From Candidatus Bathyarchaeia archaeon (GTDB lineage: Archaea; Thermoproteota; Bathyarchaeia; Bathyarchaeales; Bathycorpusculaceae), in NCBI GenBank assembly GCA_049512075.1, contig JBEKXL010000013.1, positions 1-64,000 of the forward strand: a stretch of 64,000 bases of DNA. The letters run 5' to 3'. Every line of letters begins with the position of its first letter. Position 1 is the stretch's first letter. This document shows, one piece after another, positions 48,808-57,593 of the stretch. Both the position numbers and the translations under genes were made by a program. The notes under the pieces were generated by a model that saw only the letters and a program-made list of their open reading frames with translations, made no database searches and was not told the DNA's origin.

Positions 48808-49013
48808 GAATCTACCCCCTGTACATATGGCAGGTCATAGCCCAATAAAAAGATTAGAAAATGTTCGGATTTGTGCCGCTACAAGAAGTGTGCACAAGAA
48901 ATTATATCAACGTTCAGCGCGCACGGGAATAAGAATAGACCTTGCCGTCCCCAGATGTCCGTCCTCTAGTAGCGCGTGCACCTTAAATATCCAAATCATA
49001 AATATCCTGAGAA

Positions 49014-49658
49014 ATGGGGATTTGTGTGAGTAAGGAATCGGCAGTCTCTAACCCTGAAGATGTGCGGTTCAGGAACATAATTGGAATGGGATTGGACTTT
49101 TCTTCTATGATAAGACTCTTCAAAAAAAATTCAGAGACTAAGCTGGAGAAGAAGATAGTTGAAGATTATGGGCCAAGAATCTTCAAAGCCCAATCTGGAG
49201 AGGAATTCAACAAGATTCACAAAGAATTTTGTAAATGCGGTACGCGCGCTATAAAACTAGCTGAAAAAAGAACAAGGAACGGGCGAATCATAAAGGAAGG
49301 ACCTGCAACTTACGGCCAAATTGCAAAAACCTTCAACATTGCTTTGAAAGTGATTGTGTATTACTGTCACCTGCCTGACCATCAAAAAAGTGCGGAGATT
49401 GTGGAGTGGCTGCATGCAGGTGTCGACACCCGTATGATGGCAATGCTCAAGAAAAGGCTGAAGGGAAAACACCCGGAGTACTTCGAGGATTGGCCGGAGG
49501 CGGTGAAGGATGTGGACAGCGAAAAGAAATACTTGGAGCTTCAGGAAGTTGTTCGTATATTCATCAGGGAGAAACATGACGAAAAGCTTCGGTTGCCCGT
49601 GCATTTTGATGACGTCTATTGGTATAGAATAACACAAGGACTCGAAAAGGGTTGCTGA
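49014..49658 (+). CDS. Hypothetical protein
   Basis: 214 aa; TYGQIAKTFNI.LK, LH..VD..M, FDDVYW resemble small nucleic-acid-associated accessory proteins; unassigned. Confidence 0.7.
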   Translation: MGICVSKESAVSNPEDVRFRNIIGMGLDFSSMIRLFKKNSETKLEKKIVEDYGPRIFKAQSGEEFNKIHKEFCKCGTRAIKLAEKRTRNGRIIKEGPATYGQIAKTFNIALKVIVYYCHLPDHQKSAEIVEWLHAGVDTRMMAMLKKRLKGKHPEYFEDWPEAVKDVDSEKKYLELQEVVRIFIREKHDEKLRLPVHFDDVYWYRITQGLEKGC

Positions 49659-50206
49659 ACTGGCATGTAGTTAGCGCGCGCGGAAACGGTGTAGAAAGCC
49701 TTGACTTATTGTCGCAATTGTCAGGGTGAGGATTACAATGTTGGAGAAAGCAACCCAAAACAAGGTGTTCCCGCACAGACACAAAAACTTGACTCCTCTT
49801 CAACCATTTTTAGCAACGAGCCTGAACAGAATAAGAAAAAAGAGTGTGTGCGGGGAGCAACACAAAAACAACCTGATGAGGGAAAGCAACTCGTTTCAAG
49901 GAATCAACTGACAGAGCCATAGGACACCTGGCAAATCAGAAGCCAGGCTTTGACTCTTGCTGATTTGGATTCCGCATGCGAAAGCTATCCTAGTTCGGAC
50001 CCCTGCACACCTGCGCAGGATAAGAGCCTTTCATTTACAGGGTAAGTGTTTCAGCAACATTGTGGCATGGTTCAAATGGCTTGCGAATCTGAACCCCGTT
50101 AAGATAAAAGAGCCACGGGACCATGCTATCAACTTTTCAGCACGGTCCTGTAAGGCTTCAAATAACGTGACAAGTCACGCATTCTGACCCTCCTTACTAA
50201 GCTCGC

Positions 50207-50384
50207 TGCACTGTTTGCAATCAGTGCACGGAGAGAAGTTGAGGAGCCTTAACAGGGAGAGTTTAAGGTTGAGACCTCGTCAATTGGTAGTCAGTCTCTA
50301 AGTTGCTAATGTTCCTTTAGCCGTTAACGTCCCTAAGCAAAACTCCGCTCTAAGACACTCCCTGCACTGTGTGCAAGCAGTGCA
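50207..50384 (-). repeat. Inverted copies of the TGCA palindrome and its flank
   Basis: 50207-50238 is the exact reverse complement of 44447-44478; 50287-50339 is the reverse complement of 48233-48285 (43/53); further palindrome at 50363-50384. Confidence 0.85.
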
Positions 50385-50636
50385 AAAAACTCATGAATTT
50401 CCAACATCGTTTCAACATCCTTTCAGCGCGTTCAAAAATGCTGTATTGGTTGGTTTTCAACATGCTTTGCCCTGCATGCTGAACCCAGTCGGAAGTCCTC
50501 TGTACTCTCGCGCGCGCTTTTGTTGGACATAGGGCCACTTGTGCAGACGACATCAGAAAAGGTTAGAGTGAAGCATTTCAATCCTGCTTGATTATTAAGT
50601 GATAAATATGTGGCCAGACAACTTTAGAGTGGCAGA

Positions 50637-52193
50637 ATGGTTTCAATGGTTAAGACTTCATTATCCCCAAGAAAAGTGACAAGAGATGAGTTGAATGGTC
50701 TTGTTGATAGAGCTGCTGACTTGATTAGAACTGCTGTGGATTACAAGTTTATTCTTGTTTTGCTTTTTCTGAAGAGGCTGAATGACCTTTGGAAAGTGGA
50801 GAAGGCTGAAGTCAAGAATAGGCTTGTGAAGGAAAGTGGATGGGCAGAGGAAGAAGCTGACAAGGAGGCTGAGAGAAAGGACTATCATAGCGTAGACATT
50901 CCCAAGCAGTTTCTCTGGGATGAAATAACCAAAGATGTGAATAATCTGCCTCAGAACCTAGCCACGGGCATAGGTGAGACTGCCAAGCTTAACAGTCAGC
51001 TGCAAGGAGTGATTAACAGAGTTGACTTTTTGGAGTTTGCCCGAAACCAAGAGAATAGGGAATTGTTGAGGCAGTTGGTTGAACTTTTTGACAAGTATAA
51101 TCTTGGTGGGGAAGAGGTTTCTCCAGATGTTCTTGGAGATGCCTATGAACATATTCTGATGAAGTTTGCTCCAGACAAGGCTAAGGAGGGTGAGATTTAC
51201 ACTCCCCGAGAAGTTATCAAGTTGATGGTTGAGATTCTGGACCCTAAGCCCGGTGAGAGTGTGTATGACCCTTGCTGTGGCTCCGGTGGAATGCTCATTA
51301 TTTCTTACTTGCATGTTGCTGAGAAGTATGGAGTAGAAGAGACCAGAAGACTGTTTCTGTTTGGGCAAGAGAGAAGCCCAGAGATCTATGCTGTTGGACA
51401 GATGAACTTGCTCTTGCATGAAATAAAGAATGCTAACTTGGCTAATGGAGATACACTGGATTATCCGAGATTCAGAGAGAATGGAAACCTCAAGCAGTTT
51501 GATGTTGTCATTGCCAATGTTCCCTGGAACCAAGATGGATACGGAGAAGAAAGACTCAAAAAGAGTGATCTGAAGGGACGATTCAGTGATGGTTATGGAA
51601 CGAAGAGCAGTGCTGACTGGGCTTGGGTTCAGCACATGCTTGCTTCAACCAAGCAGAATGGCAGAGTTGCTCTTGTTGTGGATAATGGCTGCTTGTTCAG
51701 AGGAGCAGCAGAAAAAGCAGTTAGAAGCAAAGTGATTGACAAGGACTTAGTTGAATGTGTCATTCTATTGCCCCAAAAGTTGTTCTACAATACAGGAGCC
51801 CCTGGAGCCATAATAATATTCAACAACAATAAACCAGCAGACAGGAAAGACAAGATACTTTTCATTAATGCCTCCAATGAAGTCATTCCTCATCCTTCAG
51901 TTAGAAGGCTGAACTCACTTTCAAAAGAGAACATGACAAGAATAGTGGAGTCATACCAGAAATTCAGTTCTGCAGAAGGCTTCTCCAAGCCTGTTGACAT
52001 AAAGGACATTGTTAACAATGACTACAACTTGAATGTGACACTGTATGTCATGCCCGTAGAGAAGACAGAGGAGATAGACTTAGCCAAAGAGCTTTCTGAG
52101 CTCAAACACTTGGAAAAGGATAGGCAAGAAACTACCAACAAGCTGGAGAAGTATGTTTCTGACATAGCTCAAGCAACTGGGGATTCACATTGA
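50637..52193 (+). CDS. hsdM: Type I R-M methyltransferase subunit
   Basis: GEIYTPREV, YDPCCGSGGML, GQE, ANVPWN, LFYNTG, YNLN. Confidence 0.95.
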   Translation: MVSMVKTSLSPRKVTRDELNGLVDRAADLIRTAVDYKFILVLLFLKRLNDLWKVEKAEVKNRLVKESGWAEEEADKEAERKDYHSVDIPKQFLWDEITKDVNNLPQNLATGIGETAKLNSQLQGVINRVDFLEFARNQENRELLRQLVELFDKYNLGGEEVSPDVLGDAYEHILMKFAPDKAKEGEIYTPREVIKLMVEILDPKPGESVYDPCCGSGGMLIISYLHVAEKYGVEETRRLFLFGQERSPEIYAVGQMNLLLHEIKNANLANGDTLDYPRFRENGNLKQFDVVIANVPWNQDGYGEERLKKSDLKGRFSDGYGTKSSADWAWVQHMLASTKQNGRVALVVDNGCLFRGAAEKAVRSKVIDKDLVECVILLPQKLFYNTGAPGAIIIFNNNKPADRKDKILFINASNEVIPHPSVRRLNSLSKENMTRIVESYQKFSSAEGFSKPVDIKDIVNNDYNLNVTLYVMPVEKTEEIDLAKELSELKHLEKDRQETTNKLEKYVSDIAQATGDSH

Positions 52194-53479
52194 TTTTTGG
52201 CAAAGAGACTGACTTTAAAGAGACTAAGACTGGCAGATTCCCTTCAGACTGGCAAGATGCTAAACTTGAAGATGTGTTGTCTCAGCTTAGAAATGGAATA
52301 GTTGCCTCACAAAACAAAGAGGGAAGAGGCATTCCTATTACAAGAATAGAAACAATTTCTGATGAGAAGATTGACTTAAACAAGCTTGGCTACTTGGAGA
52401 AAGCAAATGGGTTGAACTATGATAATTTCTTATTGACTGATGGGGACATACTGTTCAGTCACATCAATAGCCTTGAGCATATTGGCAAGACTGCTTTGTA
52501 TGAAGGTGTCCCAGAATCATTGCTGCATGGAATGAATTTGCTTCTTTTGAGACCTAAGAAGGATGTTTTAAACCCCAAGTATCTCGTGTATCTGCTAAAG
52601 TTGTTTAGGCAAAGAAACCTCTTTAGGGCAATTGCAAAGAAAGCTGTAAATCAAGCCTCTATCAATCAGACTGAACTGGGCAGAGTGAGAGTCCCAATTC
52701 CCCCCATGTTTGAGCAGCAAGGGATTGTTGAAGTTCTTTCTTGCGTTGATTTGGCTATCAAGAAGACTGATGAAGTTATTGCCAAAACTGAGAGATTCAA
52801 GAAGGGTTTGATCCAGAAGCTTCTGAGAGAAGGAATAGGACATAGGGAGTTCAAGGACTCAGACATTGGGAGAATTCCAAAAGCGTGGGAATCAGCCACC
52901 TTTGAGGAAGTCACCACTAGAATAACTTACGGATTTACAAACCCGATGCCTCATGTGGAAAAAGGGCATTATATCGTAACAGCAAAGAATGTTGGAGATG
53001 GTAGAATAGACTACTCTTCTGCAAATATGACAACTGAGGAAGCCTATTGCAATCTTCTTACAGACAAGAGTCGCCCCAAGAAGGGAGATGTCTTGTTTAC
53101 AAAGGATGGAACAATAGGCAAAGCTGCAGTTGTAGATAGAGATTCGATTTGCATCAGTCAATCAGTTGCATTGCTCATTCCAAAGGAAAATCTAGTTCGT
53201 GCATCCTACCTTTCTTGGACACTGCAGTCGCCTGCAATCCAAAGCTTGGTCAATTATCATTCTGCTACGACAACAATTCCTCATCTTGCCATCACTAAAT
53301 TGGCAAAGATGAAGCTTGGGCTTCCTTCTCTCACTGAGCAGCAAGCAATCAGTGATGTTCTATCCACAGCGAACAGGAGATGCCAACTTGAAAGAGATGA
53401 AAAGACAAGATTGAAAAGGATTAGGCAGGGTCTGTTGGATATTCTTCTCACTGGCAAAGTGAGGGTTAAGGTGGATTAG
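52190..53479 (+). CDS. hsdS: Type I R-M specificity subunit
   Basis: Two TRDs with P..W, GD.LF, PP..EQ and LL.G conserved repeats. Confidence 0.95.
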   Translation: MIFGKETDFKETKTGRFPSDWQDAKLEDVLSQLRNGIVASQNKEGRGIPITRIETISDEKIDLNKLGYLEKANGLNYDNFLLTDGDILFSHINSLEHIGKTALYEGVPESLLHGMNLLLLRPKKDVLNPKYLVYLLKLFRQRNLFRAIAKKAVNQASINQTELGRVRVPIPPMFEQQGIVEVLSCVDLAIKKTDEVIAKTERFKKGLIQKLLREGIGHREFKDSDIGRIPKAWESATFEEVTTRITYGFTNPMPHVEKGHYIVTAKNVGDGRIDYSSANMTTEEAYCNLLTDKSRPKKGDVLFTKDGTIGKAAVVDRDSICISQSVALLIPKENLVRASYLSWTLQSPAIQSLVNYHSATTTIPHLAITKLAKMKLGLPSLTEQQAISDVLSTANRRCQLERDEKTRLKRIRQGLLDILLTGKVRVKVD

Positions 53480-53480
53480 G

Positions 53481-56400
53481 ATGCTCTACAATGAGAAAGG
53501 AACAGTGGAAGATTTCATTATCCAAGAGTTGCAGAGTTCTTCTCTTGGTTGGAAGTATGTAGAACCTCAGCTTATGGCTGAAAAGAAAAAGGGAGACTTT
53601 GAGCAGCCTCTGGTTGTTGATGACCTTAAGAATGCAGTTAGAAAACTGAATAGTTGTTATGAGCTAGCTGATGCAGACCTTGACTATGTGATAACTTCAC
53701 TGAAAGCTATGCCAACCACCATTGAAGGTATCAGAGTCTTTTTGGACAAGTTTAGAAATGGGTTTGTTGTTCCTTTGCAGAAGGAAGGCAAAGAGAGACT
53801 ATTGAGAATTGTTGACCTTCAGAACTATGGGAATAATGAGTTCACAGTAACCAGACAGTTCAAAGTAGAAGGCTTGAAGGCAACAATCAGAGCTGACATA
53901 GTTTTACTGGTTAATGGCATTCCCTTGGTGCTGATTGAATGCAAGAGCCCAACTGCAGAAAAGTCAGACTGGACCTATGCCTACAGACAAATCAAGAGGT
54001 ATGAGAATGAAGCTCCAGAAGTCTTCAAGTATGTTCAATTCTCAATGGTCACAGATGGCCTGAAAACCAGATATTTCCCAAACAGCTTCCGTGAAGAAAA
54101 TAAAGACTATCTCAGCACTTGGAAAGACCCATACCCCTTCCAGTTTGAAAAGAAAGATGACTTCAAGGTTGCCATCTATGGACTCTTGGCCAAACACCAT
54201 GTCTTGGACTTTATTGAGAACTTCATCTTTGTCAAGAAAGAGATAGACAACCCAACCAAGATAATGACCAGATACATGCAGTACAGAGCAACCAGCAAAA
54301 TCTTTGAGAGAGTCAAGAAAACCCTTGGAAAAGAGCAGGACAGCAAGTTTGGGTTGATATGGCATTGGCAAGGCTCTGGCAAAACCTACACTATGGCGTT
54401 TTCAGCATGGAAGCTTTTCCATTGCCCAGAAGCCAAGAAGCCTAGCATCTACATTGTTGTGGACAGAAAAGACCTTGAAGAACAGATTGAGAAGGACTTT
54501 TCATTCATTGAGGTTCCCTTGGAAAAAGTGGAGTCAATAAAGAAGCTTATTGAGAATTTGAAATGGGGAACAGAAGGCAAAAGGGGCATATTCCTTGTAA
54601 CAATAGAAAAATTCAGTCCTAAAGAAATTGACCAGCTCAGAAAGGAAGAGTCCTTAGAGATTCAGAGGCAGAATGTTGTTGTCTTTGCTGATGAAGCGCA
54701 CAGAACACAGTATGGCAAGTTCTCCACCATGATGAGAAGCATCTTCAAAGAGGCCTTCATCTTTGGCTTCACTGGAACACCACTCTCCAAAGTTGAAAGA
54801 AACACTTTCCAGAAGTTCTGTCCAAAAGATGAACTCTATTTGGATAGGTATTCAATGCTGGATGCTTTGGAAGATGGCTTCACTGTGGCACTGAACTATG
54901 AGGCAAGGCTGCCAGACTATCATCTAAAGCCACAGCAACTGCAAGAATTCACCAAGTTTGAAGAAGAAGAGATACAGCCTCTGTCCTCAGATGAAAAGAG
55001 AACCCTGAACAAGAAAGTCAGTGCAATCAAAGCCTTTGTCAAAGAACCAAAAAGGATTGGCAGGATAGTAGACGACGCTGTAAAGCACTTCAAAGGAATT
55101 GTTGAGCCAACAGAACTCAAAGCCTTGCTAGTCACAATTGACAGAGAAGCATGTGTCCAATACAAGAACTCCATTGACAAGATTCTGCCAGAAACCACTT
55201 CTGAAATAGTGATGACCTTCAGCCAGAATGACAAACCCATCATAAAAGCGTACTTTGAGAAGCTTAAGGAAAAATATCAGACTGCAGATGTCAAGGAAAT
55301 CCATAGAAAGATAATTGACAACTTCAAGACCAAGAAAGAACCCAAGATTCTCATTGTAACTGACATGCTCATCACTGGGTTTGATGCTCCCAACCTTTGG
55401 ACAATGTATCTTGACAAGCCACTGAAAGAGCATAGGCTGCTGCAAGCAATAGCCAGAACAAACAGACCCTACAGCAACAAGAAGTTTGGATTGATAGTTG
55501 ACTACATTGGCATCTTGGCAGAGCTAGAGAAAGCCTTTGAAAAGTTTGAGGCTCAAGACTCTAAAGCTCTGAGGATTGTAATAAGAAAGCTTGATGAAGA
55601 GAAAGAAGAATTCAAACAGCTTCTGGCTCAAGCCTTAGAAATTTTCAAAGCTGTCAAAAGGGAAAACACCAGAGAAAGCTTGGAGAGTGCATTAGACCTT
55701 CTTGCAGACTTGGAAACAGCCAGTAAATTTGAAGACAGCATTAGAAGCCTCATGAAATCCTATGAGATGCTCAGAGGAGACCCGTTCCTCAGACCCTATC
55801 TGCTTGACTACACTTGGCTGATAAAAGTGTATGTTGCCTACTACAAGAAATATCTGCAAGCAGATGTGGATGAACTCAAGATTAGAGAACTCTCAAAGAA
55901 GACAATGCAGCTAATCCAAGAAGCCATAGATACAAAAGAAATAGACACAACTTATCAGCCTCTTGCCATTGATGAAAAGTATATTGAACTTCTGAAAAAG
56001 ACAGCTGCAAAGCCGATTGGTGCTCCAATAGATTTGATTCCAAGCATTCTGGTTGAAGCCAGACAACATCCTAACTCCCCTTTCTTTATAAACTTGGGCA
56101 GAGAAGTGGAAAAAGCCTATGAACAACTGAGAACAAGAAAACTGAAAACCCAAAAAGCATTACAGAAACTGCTAACCTTCTCACAGCGAATAGTTGAATG
56201 GAAAAAAGAAGAAGCAGAAATTGGCAAAGAAAAGTATCCACTCTATGAAGCAATCAAAATAGTTCTGCCAGAAACAGACAAACAGAAAACCATAGCCTTC
56301 ATCACCAGACTCCTGGCCCACTTGGAAAGCAGAAAGCTACTGTTCAAAAACTGGCAGAATCAAAGAGACATAAGAAGAAAAGTCAAAGCAGAAACCAGAC

Positions 56401-56489
56401 TAATGCTCCTCTCAGAGTTCAAAGAGCACAAGAACAAGATAGAGGACTTGACTGATGGGATAATCAATGCACTGGAGAAAACACAATGA
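53481..56489 (+). CDS. hsdR: Type I R-M restriction subunit
   Basis: DIVLLVNGIPLVLIECK nuclease, QGSGKT, DEAH, FTGTP, TGFDAP, QAIARTNR. Confidence 0.96.
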   Translation: MLYNEKGTVEDFIIQELQSSSLGWKYVEPQLMAEKKKGDFEQPLVVDDLKNAVRKLNSCYELADADLDYVITSLKAMPTTIEGIRVFLDKFRNGFVVPLQKEGKERLLRIVDLQNYGNNEFTVTRQFKVEGLKATIRADIVLLVNGIPLVLIECKSPTAEKSDWTYAYRQIKRYENEAPEVFKYVQFSMVTDGLKTRYFPNSFREENKDYLSTWKDPYPFQFEKKDDFKVAIYGLLAKHHVLDFIENFIFVKKEIDNPTKIMTRYMQYRATSKIFERVKKTLGKEQDSKFGLIWHWQGSGKTYTMAFSAWKLFHCPEAKKPSIYIVVDRKDLEEQIEKDFSFIEVPLEKVESIKKLIENLKWGTEGKRGIFLVTIEKFSPKEIDQLRKEESLEIQRQNVVVFADEAHRTQYGKFSTMMRSIFKEAFIFGFTGTPLSKVERNTFQKFCPKDELYLDRYSMLDALEDGFTVALNYEARLPDYHLKPQQLQEFTKFEEEEIQPLSSDEKRTLNKKVSAIKAFVKEPKRIGRIVDDAVKHFKGIVEPTELKALLVTIDREACVQYKNSIDKILPETTSEIVMTFSQNDKPIIKAYFEKLKEKYQTADVKEIHRKIIDNFKTKKEPKILIVTDMLITGFDAPNLWTMYLDKPLKEHRLLQAIARTNRPYSNKKFGLIVDYIGILAELEKAFEKFEAQDSKALRIVIRKLDEEKEEFKQLLAQALEIFKAVKRENTRESLESALDLLADLETASKFEDSIRSLMKSYEMLRGDPFLRPYLLDYTWLIKVYVAYYKKYLQADVDELKIRELSKKTMQLIQEAIDTKEIDTTYQPLAIDEKYIELLKKTAAKPIGAPIDLIPSILVEARQHPNSPFFINLGREVEKAYEQLRTRKLKTQKALQKLLTFSQRIVEWKKEEAEIGKEKYPLYEAIKIVLPETDKQKTIAFITRLLAHLESRKLLFKNWQNQRDIRRKVKAETRLMLLSEFKEHKNKIEDLTDGIINALEKTQ

Positions 56490-56992
56490 AACAACTGACA
56501 ATCTTTGGACAACAGCACCTTCTACAAGAAAAGAAGTCTGACAAAGACGCCATTGAACGCAGAAGCAACACAATCATAGTGAACAAGTATCAGAAAACCA
56601 CCAAAACACTGCTTAGAGAGTTCTTAGCCCAACTGCTGTGTGACAAGCTTCTGGAAATATATGACAGCATCAAAGCTGAAGGGAAAGTTGAGCTGTTTGG
56701 AGACTTTGACTTTGAGATTACAGAAAACATTGACGGCAAGAAATCAAGAATAGCTAAGCTGAAAGGAAACAAGGTCATCATAAAACTCAATGCAGTAGCT
56801 CTGCCAGAAAGTGCACTGAAGTATATAGTTGCACATGAAATAGGACACACAACATCAAAAAGACACACAAGCAAGTTCTGGAAGACAGTTGGGCTCATCT
56901 ACCCAGACTACAAGAAAGCCCAGAAACTCCTCAACTCATCACCTCTAAACCTAATCCAACCACAAACCAGAACTATCACTTCAGAAACATGA
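56486..56992 (+). CDS. YgjP/DUF45 M48-like metallopeptidase
   Basis: YIVAHEIGH, H...FW..V…PDY; usual fourth gene of Type I loci, here short. Confidence 0.85.
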   Translation: MKQLTIFGQQHLLQEKKSDKDAIERRSNTIIVNKYQKTTKTLLREFLAQLLCDKLLEIYDSIKAEGKVELFGDFDFEITENIDGKKSRIAKLKGNKVIIKLNAVALPESALKYIVAHEIGHTTSKRHTSKFWKTVGLIYPDYKKAQKLLNSSPLNLIQPQTRTITSET

Positions 56993-57091
56993 AAGAAAGG
57001 GAGTTCAATGGTAAAGTGTCCAGCGCGCTAATAGGAAACAACACGCCGAACATGCAAAAGCCATCTAGCGCGCTTGCCGTGAAATTCAGTC

Positions 57092-57309
57092 CTATTTGCT
57101 GGCCTTCACGCGTCTTTGGTCTATTCTTGAAAAAGTCCTCGAGCATCCCTTGCAATAATATGTGTCTTTTATTATTAATGTGGGAATACTATCGGCTGAA
57201 AGAGTTTGCAATAACTCTTCATTTTCAATTCCAATATCAGTCTTTCCGCAATAAGGGCAATTGGAAACCGAGATTGTTGTGGCACCAACTGTTGGTAAAG
57301 GACCTGCCG
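57092..57309 (-). pseudogene. Zinc-ribbon gene fragment lacking a native 5' end
   Basis: CPYCG…YYCKGC; the upstream frame runs through the (CG)n tract 57310-57319 into a family A half-copy. Confidence 0.55.
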
Positions 57310-57320
57310 GCGCGCGCGCT

Positions 57321-57368
57321 TCTCGGACAGTGAGCAACACGGCAATCGTTTCAGGCTCCGTTCGGAGT
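57321..57368 (+). repeat. Family A copy 5 (right arm only)
   Basis: CTCGGACAGTGAGCAACACGG…TTCAGGCTCCGTT starts right after the (CG)n tract. Confidence 0.7.
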
Positions 57369-57593
57369 TGAAGTTCAAATGTTAAGCTGGAAAATCAATT
57401 TTCAAACTGCACCTTTGGAGACTTTCCTGCAAAACCTGCCGCCAAATTCGAAAGTCGCTATGCCGAATGGAGTTAACGGTTGCCGCGCGCTATGTAACTA
57501 AATTCCTTTTTTCACCAATTCTTTCTCTTTCTGGCGCGCGCGGAGGAAATGTGAATTTATTAGGCCAAACCAATATACTTCAACCGGGTTAGT

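Noticed and set aside
42560-57368. Canonical integron (IntI + attC)
   Set aside because: No RYYYAAC/GTTRRRY boxes with the expected spacing, cargo genes face both directions, and the recombinase does not look like IntI. Kept only as an analogy.
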